Shown one piece after another: positions 30,299 to 39,177 of a DNA stretch of 64,000 bases. A program made the position numbers and the translations under genes. The notes beneath the pieces were generated by a model, which was not told where the DNA came from, did not search any database, and worked only from the letters and a program-made list of their open reading frames with translations. The first letter of the stretch is position 1. Every line of letters begins with the position of its first letter. Origin of the DNA: a virus (Duplodnaviria; Heunggongvirae; Uroviricota; Caudoviricetes); IMG/VR virus record IMGVR_UViG_3300033076_000838, positions 47,836 to 111,835 of that record; one strand, written 5' to 3'.

Positions 30299-30553
30299 AT
30301 GGCTAAATTTACTGATATTTTCAAAGATTCAAATGATTTGAATGAGAAAACAATCGTAGGGTTTGCATCATTTGTAGTAATGACAGCATTTGCAGTTACC
30401 GATTTGGTGACTGGATATATGGGAAAAGAATTACTTGTTAATGAATTTATTTACAACTCATTTATGTATATAACGTTAGGAGCGTTTGGTATCGCTGAGG
30501 TTGGTAAAATATTCAATAAAAAAGATGAACCAAAAGAAGAAGAATTAGGATAA
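30299..30553 (+). CDS. Small two-TM membrane protein (holin-like)
   Basis: Two hydrophobic segments, charged C-terminus. Confidence 0.5.
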   Translation: MAKFTDIFKDSNDLNEKTIVGFASFVVMTAFAVTDLVTGYMGKELLVNEFIYNSFMYITLGAFGIAEVGKIFNKKDEPKEEELG

Positions 30554-30557
30554 TTTG

Positions 30558-30585
30558 AAAGGAGAACGAAAGTTCTCCTTTTTTT
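30558..30585 (+). terminator. Intrinsic terminator
   Basis: AAAGGAGAAC-GAAA-GTTCTCCTTT with GNRA loop and T tract. Confidence 0.88.
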
Positions 30586-30620
30586 ATATTTATATACGAA
30601 CAAAAATATGAAAAACGTAT

Positions 30621-31340
30621 ATGAAAAAATTATTAGTATTCTTACTTGGTGTTTTACTAAGCAATGCTGCCATTGCCCAAACTGTCGGAACAACAAAGAC
30701 AGAAAATTACAAAGCATCATTCGAAACAAAAGTAGACATTAGTCAATTTTTAGATTATGAAGGTAAACAAATTCCAATCCAAATTCTCAAATGTGGTATT
30801 GGTGATGAAGTTTATGAGCAATATCCAGAACTCAAGGAAAAGAAAGTGGGTTTGGGTGTGGCTAACATCACGATGGAATATTTGGAGAATCTTAATAGAT
30901 TTACGTTTACGGAAGACAAAACTGAAATTAAGAACCGAATGGTTAAGCAATTTCAGGCTTCTCAAGCAGGTATATCACAAGATAAGTTAGATGGTAGAGG
31001 TAAAATCCGTCTAGCACATTACTTTGTAGAAATCGAAGTATATGATTTTTCCGTTTCCGAAGATGAGACAGTAAACTTAAAAGATGGAGTGAAGAATATG
31101 GTAGTAACTCGTTTAGGTTTACAAGTTCGTTTTACAAATGCAGAAACCGGAGAGATTATCGCAGCATCTGGTTTAGGTGAAGCAAAAACCACAAGAGAAT
31201 TATCATTCCTTTCAGATGCTACAGTCGATGAGGTAAAATTCAATCAATCAACAATAGGAACATCTACCAAAAAAGCATTAGATATTGCATGTGCAAGAAT
31301 CTTAGTTAGAATGGTTAAAAAAGGTGTATTTGAAAAGTAA
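30621..31340 (+). CDS. CsgG/HfaB family protein
   Basis: Signal peptide AIA-Q; 'LENLNRFTFTE', 'LGLQVRFTNAETGEIIAASGLGEA' typical of the CsgG/HfaB fold. Confidence 0.7.
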   Translation: MKKLLVFLLGVLLSNAAIAQTVGTTKTENYKASFETKVDISQFLDYEGKQIPIQILKCGIGDEVYEQYPELKEKKVGLGVANITMEYLENLNRFTFTEDKTEIKNRMVKQFQASQAGISQDKLDGRGKIRLAHYFVEIEVYDFSVSEDETVNLKDGVKNMVVTRLGLQVRFTNAETGEIIAASGLGEAKTTRELSFLSDATVDEVKFNQSTIGTSTKKALDIACARILVRMVKKGVFEK

Positions 31341-31360
31341 TTAATAATTTGATAATATTG

Positions 31361-31389
31361 AAACCCTCCATTTTTATGGGGGGTTTTTA
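31361..31389 (+). terminator. Intrinsic terminator
   Basis: AAACCCTCCAT-TTTT-ATGGGGGGTTT plus T tract. Confidence 0.8.
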
Positions 31390-31398
31390 TTTATAGGT

Positions 31399-32094
31399 AT
31401 GAAAGAAAAACTAACTATTGTAATTCCTTCTAAAAATGAAAAGGATACTATATACGAATGTGTTTCATTTATCGCTAAACAAAGTGGTATTGCAGGAACA
31501 AAAGTTATTATAGCAGATATATCAGATGATACTGAAAGTTTGAATTGGCTATCGTATATTAAAAGAGATTATAAATATTCATTAGATATTGAAATTATAA
31601 AAGGAGGATTTCCTGCTAAGGGAAGATTGGAAGGTAGTAAATTAGTAAAAACTCCTTATGTTTTATTTTTAGATGCAGATATAATGTTAAGAGATAGATT
31701 ATTATTGAGTGAATGTTTGTTTTATAATACCGATTTAGTAACTGTCCCATTCCAAACTGAAAAAGGATTTAATTGGATATTTCGTTTATTTGATATTCAA
31801 CAACGAATGAGTAATTGGTTAGGAACTCCATTTGCTATCGGAGGATTCCAATTATTTAAAACCGAAGCATATTGGAAGACAGGTGGATATGATGAAACAC
31901 ATTTATTTGCAGAAGATTATTGGGTTTCACAAAAGGTAGATAAAATGATTATTCACAATACAAAAGGAGTATGGACATCGGCGAGAAGATTTAAAAACAA
32001 AGGATTCTTCTATATGTTTTGGTTAAGTATTAAATGTTATTTCAATCGTAACAATTCAAATTTTTTTAAACAACATCATAACTATTGGAATTAA
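31399..32094 (+). CDS. Glycosyltransferase family 2
   Basis: 'IVIPSKNE', 'LFLDAD', 'GGFDE'-like 'GGYDE', 'AED', 'SARRF'. Confidence 0.88.
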   Translation: MKEKLTIVIPSKNEKDTIYECVSFIAKQSGIAGTKVIIADISDDTESLNWLSYIKRDYKYSLDIEIIKGGFPAKGRLEGSKLVKTPYVLFLDADIMLRDRLLLSECLFYNTDLVTVPFQTEKGFNWIFRLFDIQQRMSNWLGTPFAIGGFQLFKTEAYWKTGGYDETHLFAEDYWVSQKVDKMIIHNTKGVWTSARRFKNKGFFYMFWLSIKCYFNRNNSNFFKQHHNYWN

Positions 32095-32096
32095 AT

Positions 32097-32192
32097 ATGA
32101 GCACAATATTCCCTTGGATTTTTTCATTTAGTATTATAGTTGGGCTTGGTATAATTAGTATGATAATAGACCATATAACTAAAAAACGATAA
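32097..32192 (+). CDS. 31 aa single-TM micro-protein (not in ORF track)
   Basis: MSTIFPWIFSFSIIVGLGIISMIIDHITKKR; fills the gap between two genes. Confidence 0.5.
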   Translation: MSTIFPWIFSFSIIVGLGIISMIIDHITKKR

Positions 32193-32193
32193 T

Positions 32194-32910
32194 ATGAATT
32201 ATAAAGCAATAATAGTATCCGATTTACATTTGGGTATAAAAGATAGTAAAGTAGATGAATTTTTAGAATTCATAGAAACCCACCCAACGGATTTACTAAT
32301 TCTTAACGGAGATATAATAGATGGTTGGGCGTTGAATAGGGGTTCAAAGTGGAAAAAGAAACATACCAAAGTCGTATCTAAATTATTGAAACTTTCAAAT
32401 AAAACAAAAATCATTTGGATTAGAGGAAATCATGATGAATTTGTGCAAGAATTTATCGGTAGTAATTTAGGTGGAATTGAAATTAGAGAGGATTATGTAT
32501 TGGAATTAAAAACCCAAAAATACTACATATTTCATGGTGATGTGATAGATGTATTTATTACAAAATATAAATGGTTATCAAAGATAGGTTCAATAGGTTA
32601 TGATTTTGCACTTTGGTTAAATAGAGTTTACAATTCATATCGTAAATGGAGAAAATTACCATACATTTCAATCTCACAAAAAATTAAAAACAAAGTAAAG
32701 ATTGCAACTAATTACATAAATGATTTTGAAACATCTGCACTTTCTATGGGTAAACTAAAAGGATGTGATGGTGTAATGGTAGGACATATACATCAACCAG
32801 CAGATGTAACGATTGAAGGTAAGAGATACTTAAATAGTGGTGATTGGATAGAAAATATGAGTGCTATTTGTGTGAAAGATGATGGAAAGATATATTTATA
32901 CCAAAGATAA
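32194..32910 (+). CDS. Metallophosphoesterase, LpxH (UDP-2,3-diacylglucosamine hydrolase)-like
   Basis: 'SDLHLG', 'LNGDIID', 'RGNHD', 'FHGD', 'GHIH', 'NSGDW'. Confidence 0.88.
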   Translation: MNYKAIIVSDLHLGIKDSKVDEFLEFIETHPTDLLILNGDIIDGWALNRGSKWKKKHTKVVSKLLKLSNKTKIIWIRGNHDEFVQEFIGSNLGGIEIREDYVLELKTQKYYIFHGDVIDVFITKYKWLSKIGSIGYDFALWLNRVYNSYRKWRKLPYISISQKIKNKVKIATNYINDFETSALSMGKLKGCDGVMVGHIHQPADVTIEGKRYLNSGDWIENMSAICVKDDGKIYLYQR

Positions 32911-32913
32911 GGT

Positions 32914-33129
32914 ATGAAAAGTATATTAGCATTATTGGTTTTAATTTTATTAGTAGGTTGTGTCCCTGTCAAAGTTCTAAATCCAGAACGCACACACAAT
33001 TATTATCAAAGACATAGAGCAACTACATACACCACACCAATATGGATACCAGGACATGGTATAGTTTTACAAACACATAGAATCAGATTATCAAAATCTC
33101 GTCCTTATGTGAAAAGAGGTAGAAAATAA
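32914..33129 (+). CDS. Small lipoprotein
   Basis: Lipobox LVGC after a hydrophobic stretch. Confidence 0.6.
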   Translation: MKSILALLVLILLVGCVPVKVLNPERTHNYYQRHRATTYTTPIWIPGHGIVLQTHRIRLSKSRPYVKRGRK

Positions 33130-33131
33130 TA

Positions 33132-34640
33132 ATGAAAAAATGGTTAGTAAGTTTAATAATAATCATCTTTGTTTCGTTTACACAAAAAGTAAATGGTCAA
33201 ACTTACACCCAAACATTTGTAGATAAATGTTCTGGTCAAATTAAAACTGCAACAACTACTATGGTAAATGGTAATGCAGTTGTTTCTTTTTATGACCAAG
33301 TTAAAGTATTCACTCCATTCGAAGTTCAAAGTGGTGCAGTTAAACTTTGGTTGAATTCCGTATATCTTGCGTATTCAACTATGGGATGCCCTACTAATAT
33401 TGTAGTTCAACAAACTGTCCAACAAGCAGTAACCCAAGCAGCATCAACTGCAGCAACTGCAGCAGCAACCCAAGCAGCATCATCTGCAGCAAGTTCCGCA
33501 GCATCATCGGCAGCGAGTAGTGCAGCATCTTCATCTGCTAGTACCGCAGCTAGTTCATCTGCTTCATCTGCAGCATCATCTTCTGCCTCAACTGCAGCAA
33601 GTTCAACCGCAAGTTCTACCCCACCACCAACATCAACTCCACCACCTGCTAATAATAGTAGTTCAACTCCACCACCTGCTAATAATAGTAGTTCATCATC
33701 TAATAATAGTAGTTCAAGCAACTCATCTTCATCATCTTCATCACAAAGTGAGGGTAGTTCTTCTTCAAGTAGTTCATCAACTGAAACTAAATCAGAAACT
33801 AAAACGGAAACAAAGAGTGAATCTAAATCCGAAACTAAATCTGAATCTAAATCAGAGGAAAAGAAATCCGAAAGTAAATCCGAAGAAAAAAAGGAAGAAA
33901 AGAAAGAAGAAACAAAAGAAGAGAAAAAAGAGGAAAAGAAGGAAGAGAAAAAAGAAGAAAAGAAAGAAAAGAAGAAAGCAGTAAATACCAATCCTATGTT
34001 ATTATCATCGGATTTAGCAGGCACAGAAGGTGCAGATGGTAGATATTCTGCAATGTTATCGTTGGGTGTATCTAAATCATCTTTAATGGGAGATAAATCG
34101 TATTCTGCATCAACTTTGATATGGAGTACCTTAGACCAATTTGCATTAAGTGGTGGTATGACACAAATGAAGATAGAAGATGGTAAATTACATTCTTTAC
34201 ATAGTTACTCTTTAACCACTGCATATCTTAAAGGAACTTATATGGGGATGGTTGGTTATACATTTATCAAACCACATCCTAAATTGGGAACGTATGGGGC
34301 AAACATTGGACTTATTACGTTATTAATGCCTGATGCAAATCAAACCCTACAATCATCATTTTCAACATCGGTGGTATTATTTTGGATGAAACCATATAAT
34401 GTATCGAGAAAGTTAGCGGTATCACCACAAGTATTTGTAATGAATTCACCAATTGCGTATAATTCAGTAACCGGTGGTACATTAGTAACTAGAACTCCAT
34501 CTGCTATGATAGGTTCATCATTCGATTATAAAATCAGTAAAAGATTTGGGTTTAACTTTGCGTATAAAGCTAATATGTCATTTGAACCTGAATTTACTAT
34601 GTTAAGTAACTTTCAAATTGGTTCAAAAGTTTCGTTTTAA
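33132..34640 (+). CDS. Outer-membrane beta-barrel protein with long Ser/Ala-, Pro- and Glu/Lys-rich linker
   Basis: Signal peptide VNG-Q; about 200 aa low-complexity linker; C-terminal alternating beta-strands ending in F ('GSKVSF'). Confidence 0.65.
   Translation: MKKWLVSLIIIIFVSFTQKVNGQTYTQTFVDKCSGQIKTATTTMVNGNAVVSFYDQVKVFTPFEVQSGAVKLWLNSVYLAYSTMGCPTNIVVQQTVQQAVTQAASTAATAAATQAASSAASSAASSAASSAASSSASTAASSSASSAASSSASTAASSTASSTPPPTSTPPPANNSSSTPPPANNSSSSSNNSSSSNSSSSSSSQSEGSSSSSSSSTETKSETKTETKSESKSETKSESKSEEKKSESKSEEKKEEKKEETKEEKKEEKKEEKKEEKKEKKKAVNTNPMLLSSDLAGTEGADGRYSAMLSLGVSKSSLMGDKSYSASTLIWSTLDQFALSGGMTQMKIEDGKLHSLHSYSLTTAYLKGTYMGMVGYTFIKPHPKLGTYGANIGLITLLMPDANQTLQSSFSTSVVLFWMKPYNVSRKLAVSPQVFVMNSPIAYNSVTGGTLVTRTPSAMIGSSFDYKISKRFGFNFAYKANMSFEPEFTMLSNFQIGSKVSF
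33633..33692 (+). repeat. Perfect 30-nt tandem repeat x2 (STPPPANNSS)
   Basis: TCAACTCCACCACCTGCTAATAATAGTAGT at 33633 and 33663. Confidence 0.9.
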
Positions 34641-34671
34641 ATACTTATATTAATAGAAAAAGAAAATAAAA

Positions 34672-35052
34672 ATGAATTATATAAAAAATATCATACTGGT
34701 AATTCTTATTGTTTTAGTTGGTTATAATTTATTTACCAACAATGACATCAAAACTGATGTTGAAGCTTACAATCGTAAAATTGATTCTTTACAACATGAA
34801 ATAGATTCGGTTGAAAACAACAACAAAGTAATTGATGGACAAATTGCAAAAGTAGATGATGAAATCAACGTAGTAGAAACTAGAATTACAACAATCAACA
34901 AAAATATAACTGAAATAAAAACCCATACAAATGAAAAAGTTAATGCTGTTAGTGATTATACTACTCACGACCTTCTCAAGTTTTTCGCAGACCGTTATGA
35001 AAACGGACTCGATAGTACCTTTAAAAGTACCAACGGCCAAATTAGTCATTAA
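34672..35052 (+). CDS. N-anchored coiled-coil protein (i-spanin-like)
   Basis: N-terminal TM then heptad-rich periplasmic coil; overlaps the next gene by 122 nt. Confidence 0.55.
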   Translation: MNYIKNIILVILIVLVGYNLFTNNDIKTDVEAYNRKIDSLQHEIDSVENNNKVIDGQIAKVDDEINVVETRITTINKNITEIKTHTNEKVNAVSDYTTHDLLKFFADRYENGLDSTFKSTNGQISH

Positions 35053-35341
35053 GGATATTCTTAGTGGTGATGGTGCAAAAGCTGAATTAAAGGAAGTGTA
35101 TAAAGTGTTGGATGAAAAAAATCTACAAATTAATCTATATAAACAAAAGGATACTTTGAAAGATGAAAAAATCAACAACCTAAATACTATTATAGATAAG
35201 AAAGACCAACAATTTGCATTGGAGAGAGAAAAATCTGATAAGTTGTTAAAAGAATTAAAAGTTCAGAAATTCAAAACCGCTGTTTATAAAGCAGGTTCTG
35301 GTATTGCTTTGATAATGACCGTATTATTCTTAATTAAATAA
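34931..35341 (+). CDS. Secreted coiled-coil protein with C-terminal hydrophobic tail (spanin partner-like)
   Basis: Signal peptide SFS-Q starting inside the upstream ORF in another frame; C-terminal 'GIALIMTVLFLIK'. Confidence 0.55.
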   Translation: MKKLMLLVIILLTTFSSFSQTVMKTDSIVPLKVPTAKLVIKDILSGDGAKAELKEVYKVLDEKNLQINLYKQKDTLKDEKINNLNTIIDKKDQQFALEREKSDKLLKELKVQKFKTAVYKAGSGIALIMTVLFLIK

Positions 35342-35991
35342 TGAAAAAATATTTAGAAATAAAGAATATTATTATTTTGGTATTAGTGATTTCATTATCA
35401 TTAGTATCATTTGACCCGTTTGGTATAATGCCCAATAGAACTAAGACCGTTGAAAAAATAGTTAAAGTTGATGGTCAATCTTTACATCCAATTCATGACA
35501 CAATTGAATTAGAAGTTCCATATGAAGTTGAAGTTCCATACGAAGTTGAAAAACCAATACCATACGCAGTTCATGATACAATTGAAGCAAAGGTAGATAC
35601 AAACTTTATTGTGAATCAATATTTGAATACTAAAAACGTATTCACAAACACATATAAGTTTGATAAACAACAAGGTTCGATTACAATTACTGATACAATT
35701 AGTAAAAACAAATTAGTAGGTAGAAAATACACAACTAAAATTACACCTAGAGTAGATACACTTAAAATACCAGAACCATTTAAAAGAAAAATTTATGCTG
35801 GAGTTGAAGGTGGATACAATTCAGCCGATTATATAAATTTCATCGGTGTGGGTGTGATGGTAAATTCTAAATCAAATAAAATATATAATTTAGGAATTGG
35901 TTTCAATAACAAAACAACTGATGGTACAAATGGTTATTTTACACCATATATTAGAGGTGGAGTGTATTGGAAAATATCATTAAAGAAATAA
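35341..35991 (+). CDS. Envelope protein, N-terminal TM and C-terminal beta-strands (possible unimolecular spanin-like)
   Basis: 'HDTI' repeats; C-terminal amphipathic strands ending 'GGVYWKISLKK'. Confidence 0.5.
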   Translation: MKKYLEIKNIIILVLVISLSLVSFDPFGIMPNRTKTVEKIVKVDGQSLHPIHDTIELEVPYEVEVPYEVEKPIPYAVHDTIEAKVDTNFIVNQYLNTKNVFTNTYKFDKQQGSITITDTISKNKLVGRKYTTKITPRVDTLKIPEPFKRKIYAGVEGGYNSADYINFIGVGVMVNSKSNKIYNLGIGFNNKTTDGTNGYFTPYIRGGVYWKISLKK

Positions 35992-36028
35992 TAATATATT
36001 TATACATAATATAAAAACAAATACAAAG

Positions 36029-37081
36029 ATGAACGAAGTACAAGTAAAAGAAATAGTAAGAGGAATTGTTAGAGAAGAATTTAAACAATCTCTTTCAGAA
36101 GCAAGAGGTATTCCTAAATTGTTCTTAAAAATTGAGGCAGTTAAAAAAGAAATCGATAGATTAACAGCTGAAAGAAAATCTAAGTTTGGTGGTGAGTATG
36201 CAAGAAAATTAAATGCAGAAACTGACCCTAAAAAAAGAGAAAAATTAAAAGAACCTATTTTAGCTATTTCAAAAAAAATATCTTCATATCAAAAGAATTT
36301 AGCAGATTTATATGAAAAAGAAGAGCAATACATTCAAAATTTAGATAAAGATGCTGAATTAGAATTAACTGAAATGGGTGTTAATGATACTCATTTCAAA
36401 AACATTTTAAGAGTATATGACCACGGAGGTTCATTCACTAAAAAAAAAGTAGCAGTAGCAGTTTGTAAAAATCCAAATGCTAATCGTACTAAAATAATCG
36501 ATTATCTTAAAGATATGGATTATGAAGAAATTTTAGATGTTGAAGATGAATTGAATATCGGTGAATCAGTAAGTGAAGGTAAAAAAGCATTCAAAGTAAA
36601 TCCTGGTATTGGTAAAGCAAAATATAGTATCAGTTCTCATGATGGCCATAAGAAGCACAACGATGGTAGTGATTTTTGGGATATTAAAATCTATAAAAAT
36701 AAAGTAGATTTAGAAAAAGGAATCAAAGATTATAAAAGTAAGGGATTCGTTGAAGAATCAGTAAACGAATTAAAATTAATACCAAAAGGGAATGGAATTC
36801 CGGGTAATTTTTTCAAAATAAAAGCAAAATATAATACTTTTGCAGAATATGAACCACATGCAAAGATAGGTGATACTATTTTAAAATATAGTAAGAAATC
36901 ACCATCAATGAGAGCTTGGTTAGAAACTGGTAATTTAGATGACCGTGCAAAACAATATTTAAGTAAAGTGCATAGTATTGGAACTGATGGTGTAAACTTA
37001 ACTTTATTTGGTAAACAAACTCCAGCTAGTGTTCATCCATCTGATAAAAAAGAACTTGCGGTAGTAGTATTACAAAATTAA
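36029..37081 (+). CDS. Putative head-internal polyprotein
   Basis: Modules separated by 'SLSE', 'ELTE', 'ESVSE', 'ESVNE' motifs. Confidence 0.55.
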   Translation: MNEVQVKEIVRGIVREEFKQSLSEARGIPKLFLKIEAVKKEIDRLTAERKSKFGGEYARKLNAETDPKKREKLKEPILAISKKISSYQKNLADLYEKEEQYIQNLDKDAELELTEMGVNDTHFKNILRVYDHGGSFTKKKVAVAVCKNPNANRTKIIDYLKDMDYEEILDVEDELNIGESVSEGKKAFKVNPGIGKAKYSISSHDGHKKHNDGSDFWDIKIYKNKVDLEKGIKDYKSKGFVEESVNELKLIPKGNGIPGNFFKIKAKYNTFAEYEPHAKIGDTILKYSKKSPSMRAWLETGNLDDRAKQYLSKVHSIGTDGVNLTLFGKQTPASVHPSDKKELAVVVLQN

Positions 37082-37091
37082 CAATATAAAA

Positions 37092-37712
37092 ATGAAACTA
37101 CAAAATCTACTTAACGAAGACCTTAGAAAATGGTTTGGAAAAGGTAAGACTGGTTCTACTACTGGGGGTGGATGGGATAGATATGATTCTAATGGTAAGA
37201 AAGTAGGTAAGTGTGGTGATAGTAAAGAAGGTGATTCTTATGCTGCATGTTTATCAAAAGAGAAAGCAGCAAAGTTAGGACCGGATGGTAGGGCATCATT
37301 TGTAAAGAGAAAAAGAGCAGCACAATCTAAAGCAGGAGATGCAAAAAAAGGTGGAGAACAAAAGAAAGGTCAAAAACCTACATTTGTAAAGACAGGTGCT
37401 AGTGAAGGGTTGGAAGAAAAATGGTCTCAAAAATATAAAAAATCTATAAATTGTAGTAATCCAAAAGGATTCTCACAAAAAGCACATTGTGCTGGTAGAC
37501 AGAAAAACGAAGATATGAAACCTAAATTAACGTTAGAAGAAAAAATGAATCTTTTTTTAGAAAGAAATTGCCCAACTGACCCTTCTAAATGGTCTGCATC
37601 AAAAGCAGCAGCAAAAAAGAAATTTGATGTTTATCCATCTGCATATGCTAATGGATGGGCAGCAAAAAATTATAAATCAAAAGGTGGTGGTTGGAAAACT
37701 TGTAAAGATTAA
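37092..37712 (+). CDS. Putative virion protein (DUF5872-like C-terminus)
   Basis: N-terminal 'MKLQNLLNE'; 'LRKWF', 'YPSAYANGWAAKNYKSKGGGWK'. Confidence 0.55.
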   Translation: MKLQNLLNEDLRKWFGKGKTGSTTGGGWDRYDSNGKKVGKCGDSKEGDSYAACLSKEKAAKLGPDGRASFVKRKRAAQSKAGDAKKGGEQKKGQKPTFVKTGASEGLEEKWSQKYKKSINCSNPKGFSQKAHCAGRQKNEDMKPKLTLEEKMNLFLERNCPTDPSKWSASKAAAKKKFDVYPSAYANGWAAKNYKSKGGGWKTCKD

Positions 37713-38116
37713 TGAATATACTATTCAACATATTGAAAGAAAAGTTAGATAATAACGAATATCAGATGGTTGATGGTATAATTGATATACTTAATCAAGT
37801 GAAAGATATGAGTAATCGTAAAGAGATTGCTGATAATATGGTTCAACAATTCAAAGATGAAAATATCGTTTTTGATTATAATAAATTTTATAAAGCAATT
37901 GGTTGTGAAGATGGAGTAAACGAATATAATAAACAAACTCCTAATGAACGTATAAAGGGTTATACGGAACGAATTAAGAGGATTAAAGATAAAATGAATA
38001 GTATGGAAGATAAAACATCTGATACGTTCAAATTACAACAAGGAAAGTTGAAAGCAGTTACTCAAACTCTTTTGAATTATAAAAAACAACAAAGCATTAA
38101 AAGGGCGGAAAAATGA
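37712..38116 (+). CDS. Putative head-internal protein
   Basis: 'MNILFNILKE' N-terminus; internal 'DGVNE'. Confidence 0.5.
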   Translation: MNILFNILKEKLDNNEYQMVDGIIDILNQVKDMSNRKEIADNMVQQFKDENIVFDYNKFYKAIGCEDGVNEYNKQTPNERIKGYTERIKRIKDKMNSMEDKTSDTFKLQQGKLKAVTQTLLNYKKQQSIKRAEK

Positions 38117-38805
38117 TAAGTTTAAAGAATGTAATGAAAACTATGGATTGGAATGGTAGACAAGTCGAATTAGGCAAAGTTTATTCAAATCCATATGCTA
38201 ATGCTTTCAAACCTATGAACGAAGGTGAAAGTGAAGACCACGAAGTATCAATGGCTCAGAATCAATTAGATTCCATCATTAAAGCAGCAACTGAATTAAA
38301 ATCAAAGATTGGTGAAAACGAAAAGGATATTCCTGCTTGGATACAAGACCACATCACTAATTCAGAAAACTACATTTCACAAGCAGCATCAAATTACCAT
38401 GAGTATAAAGAGGGTGTTAATGAAGCACCTGCACAAAATACTGGTGAAAAAATTCAAAGATTAAACGATAGAATTAGAGTTTTAAGAGCTAAGATTTCTG
38501 CACAGAAAGATGCGGTAAAAAGAAATGAATTACAACAAACTCTTAAAAACGCACTACAATCTTTATCCAACATTAAAAGTAGTCATGGAATTAAAACCGA
38601 AGCTAAGAAATATGATATTGGTGCAGGATATATGGGAAATGGTTTAACTATTTGGAATAGAGCCGAAGAACAACATGGTGATTACCGAATTATTGCACAC
38701 ATAGACCCACATGGTAAAATTAGTATTAGAGATAAGGAAATCCCATCAAACGTTATGAAGACGATTGAAGATTGGGCATCCGCAATGAAAAAAGGAAATA
38801 AGTAA
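38113..38805 (+). CDS. Putative head-internal polyprotein
   Basis: 'KPMNE', 'EGVNE', 'IKTE' motifs; 'DHEVSMA..QL...AWIQDHIT' module. Confidence 0.5.
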   Translation: MISLKNVMKTMDWNGRQVELGKVYSNPYANAFKPMNEGESEDHEVSMAQNQLDSIIKAATELKSKIGENEKDIPAWIQDHITNSENYISQAASNYHEYKEGVNEAPAQNTGEKIQRLNDRIRVLRAKISAQKDAVKRNELQQTLKNALQSLSNIKSSHGIKTEAKKYDIGAGYMGNGLTIWNRAEEQHGDYRIIAHIDPHGKISIRDKEIPSNVMKTIEDWASAMKKGNK

Positions 38806-39119
38806 TGGAAAACATTTATTCAGTTTTAATAACTGCAGTGACGGTATTAGGTGGAACAGGTGCTTGGAGATACTATGAGAAAAGAGCAGACCACAAAGAG
38901 AGAGATGAAGATTTCATCAGACACGATTGTAAAGACCGTATATCTAAATTAGAAGCCCTTTTAGAACAATCATCAAAGGAAAAGGATGACCTTCGTAATA
39001 TGGTATTAGCCCTTACAAAAGAGGTTGCAGCCCTATCCGTTAAGGTAGAATATCTTACCAAAGAAAACGAAGAATTAAATAAGAAAAGTAGAACAAAAAA
39101 ACCTCTAATTAACGGGTAA
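38805..39119 (+). CDS. Single-TM coiled-coil protein (holin/antiholin-like)
   Basis: 'VLITAVTVLGGTGAW' TM then leucine-zipper-like coil. Confidence 0.5.
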   Translation: MENIYSVLITAVTVLGGTGAWRYYEKRADHKERDEDFIRHDCKDRISKLEALLEQSSKEKDDLRNMVLALTKEVAALSVKVEYLTKENEELNKKSRTKKPLING

Positions 39120-39123
39120 AAAA

Positions 39124-39157
39124 TTTGGTAATATCGATAATTTATCGTATATTAGCT
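39124..39157 (+). promoter_or_regulatory. Variant promoter TTTG-N20-TAnnTTAG(CT)
   Basis: TTTG 39124-39127, TATATTAG 39148-39155. Confidence 0.65.
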
Positions 39158-39177
39158 GTATAAAAATAGGAGATATT

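Noticed and set aside
33407-34024. 205 aa minus-strand ORF and 154 aa alternate-frame ORF (33520-33984)
   Set aside because: Shadows of the low-complexity Ser/Ala/Glu/Lys linker, which lacks stops in other frames
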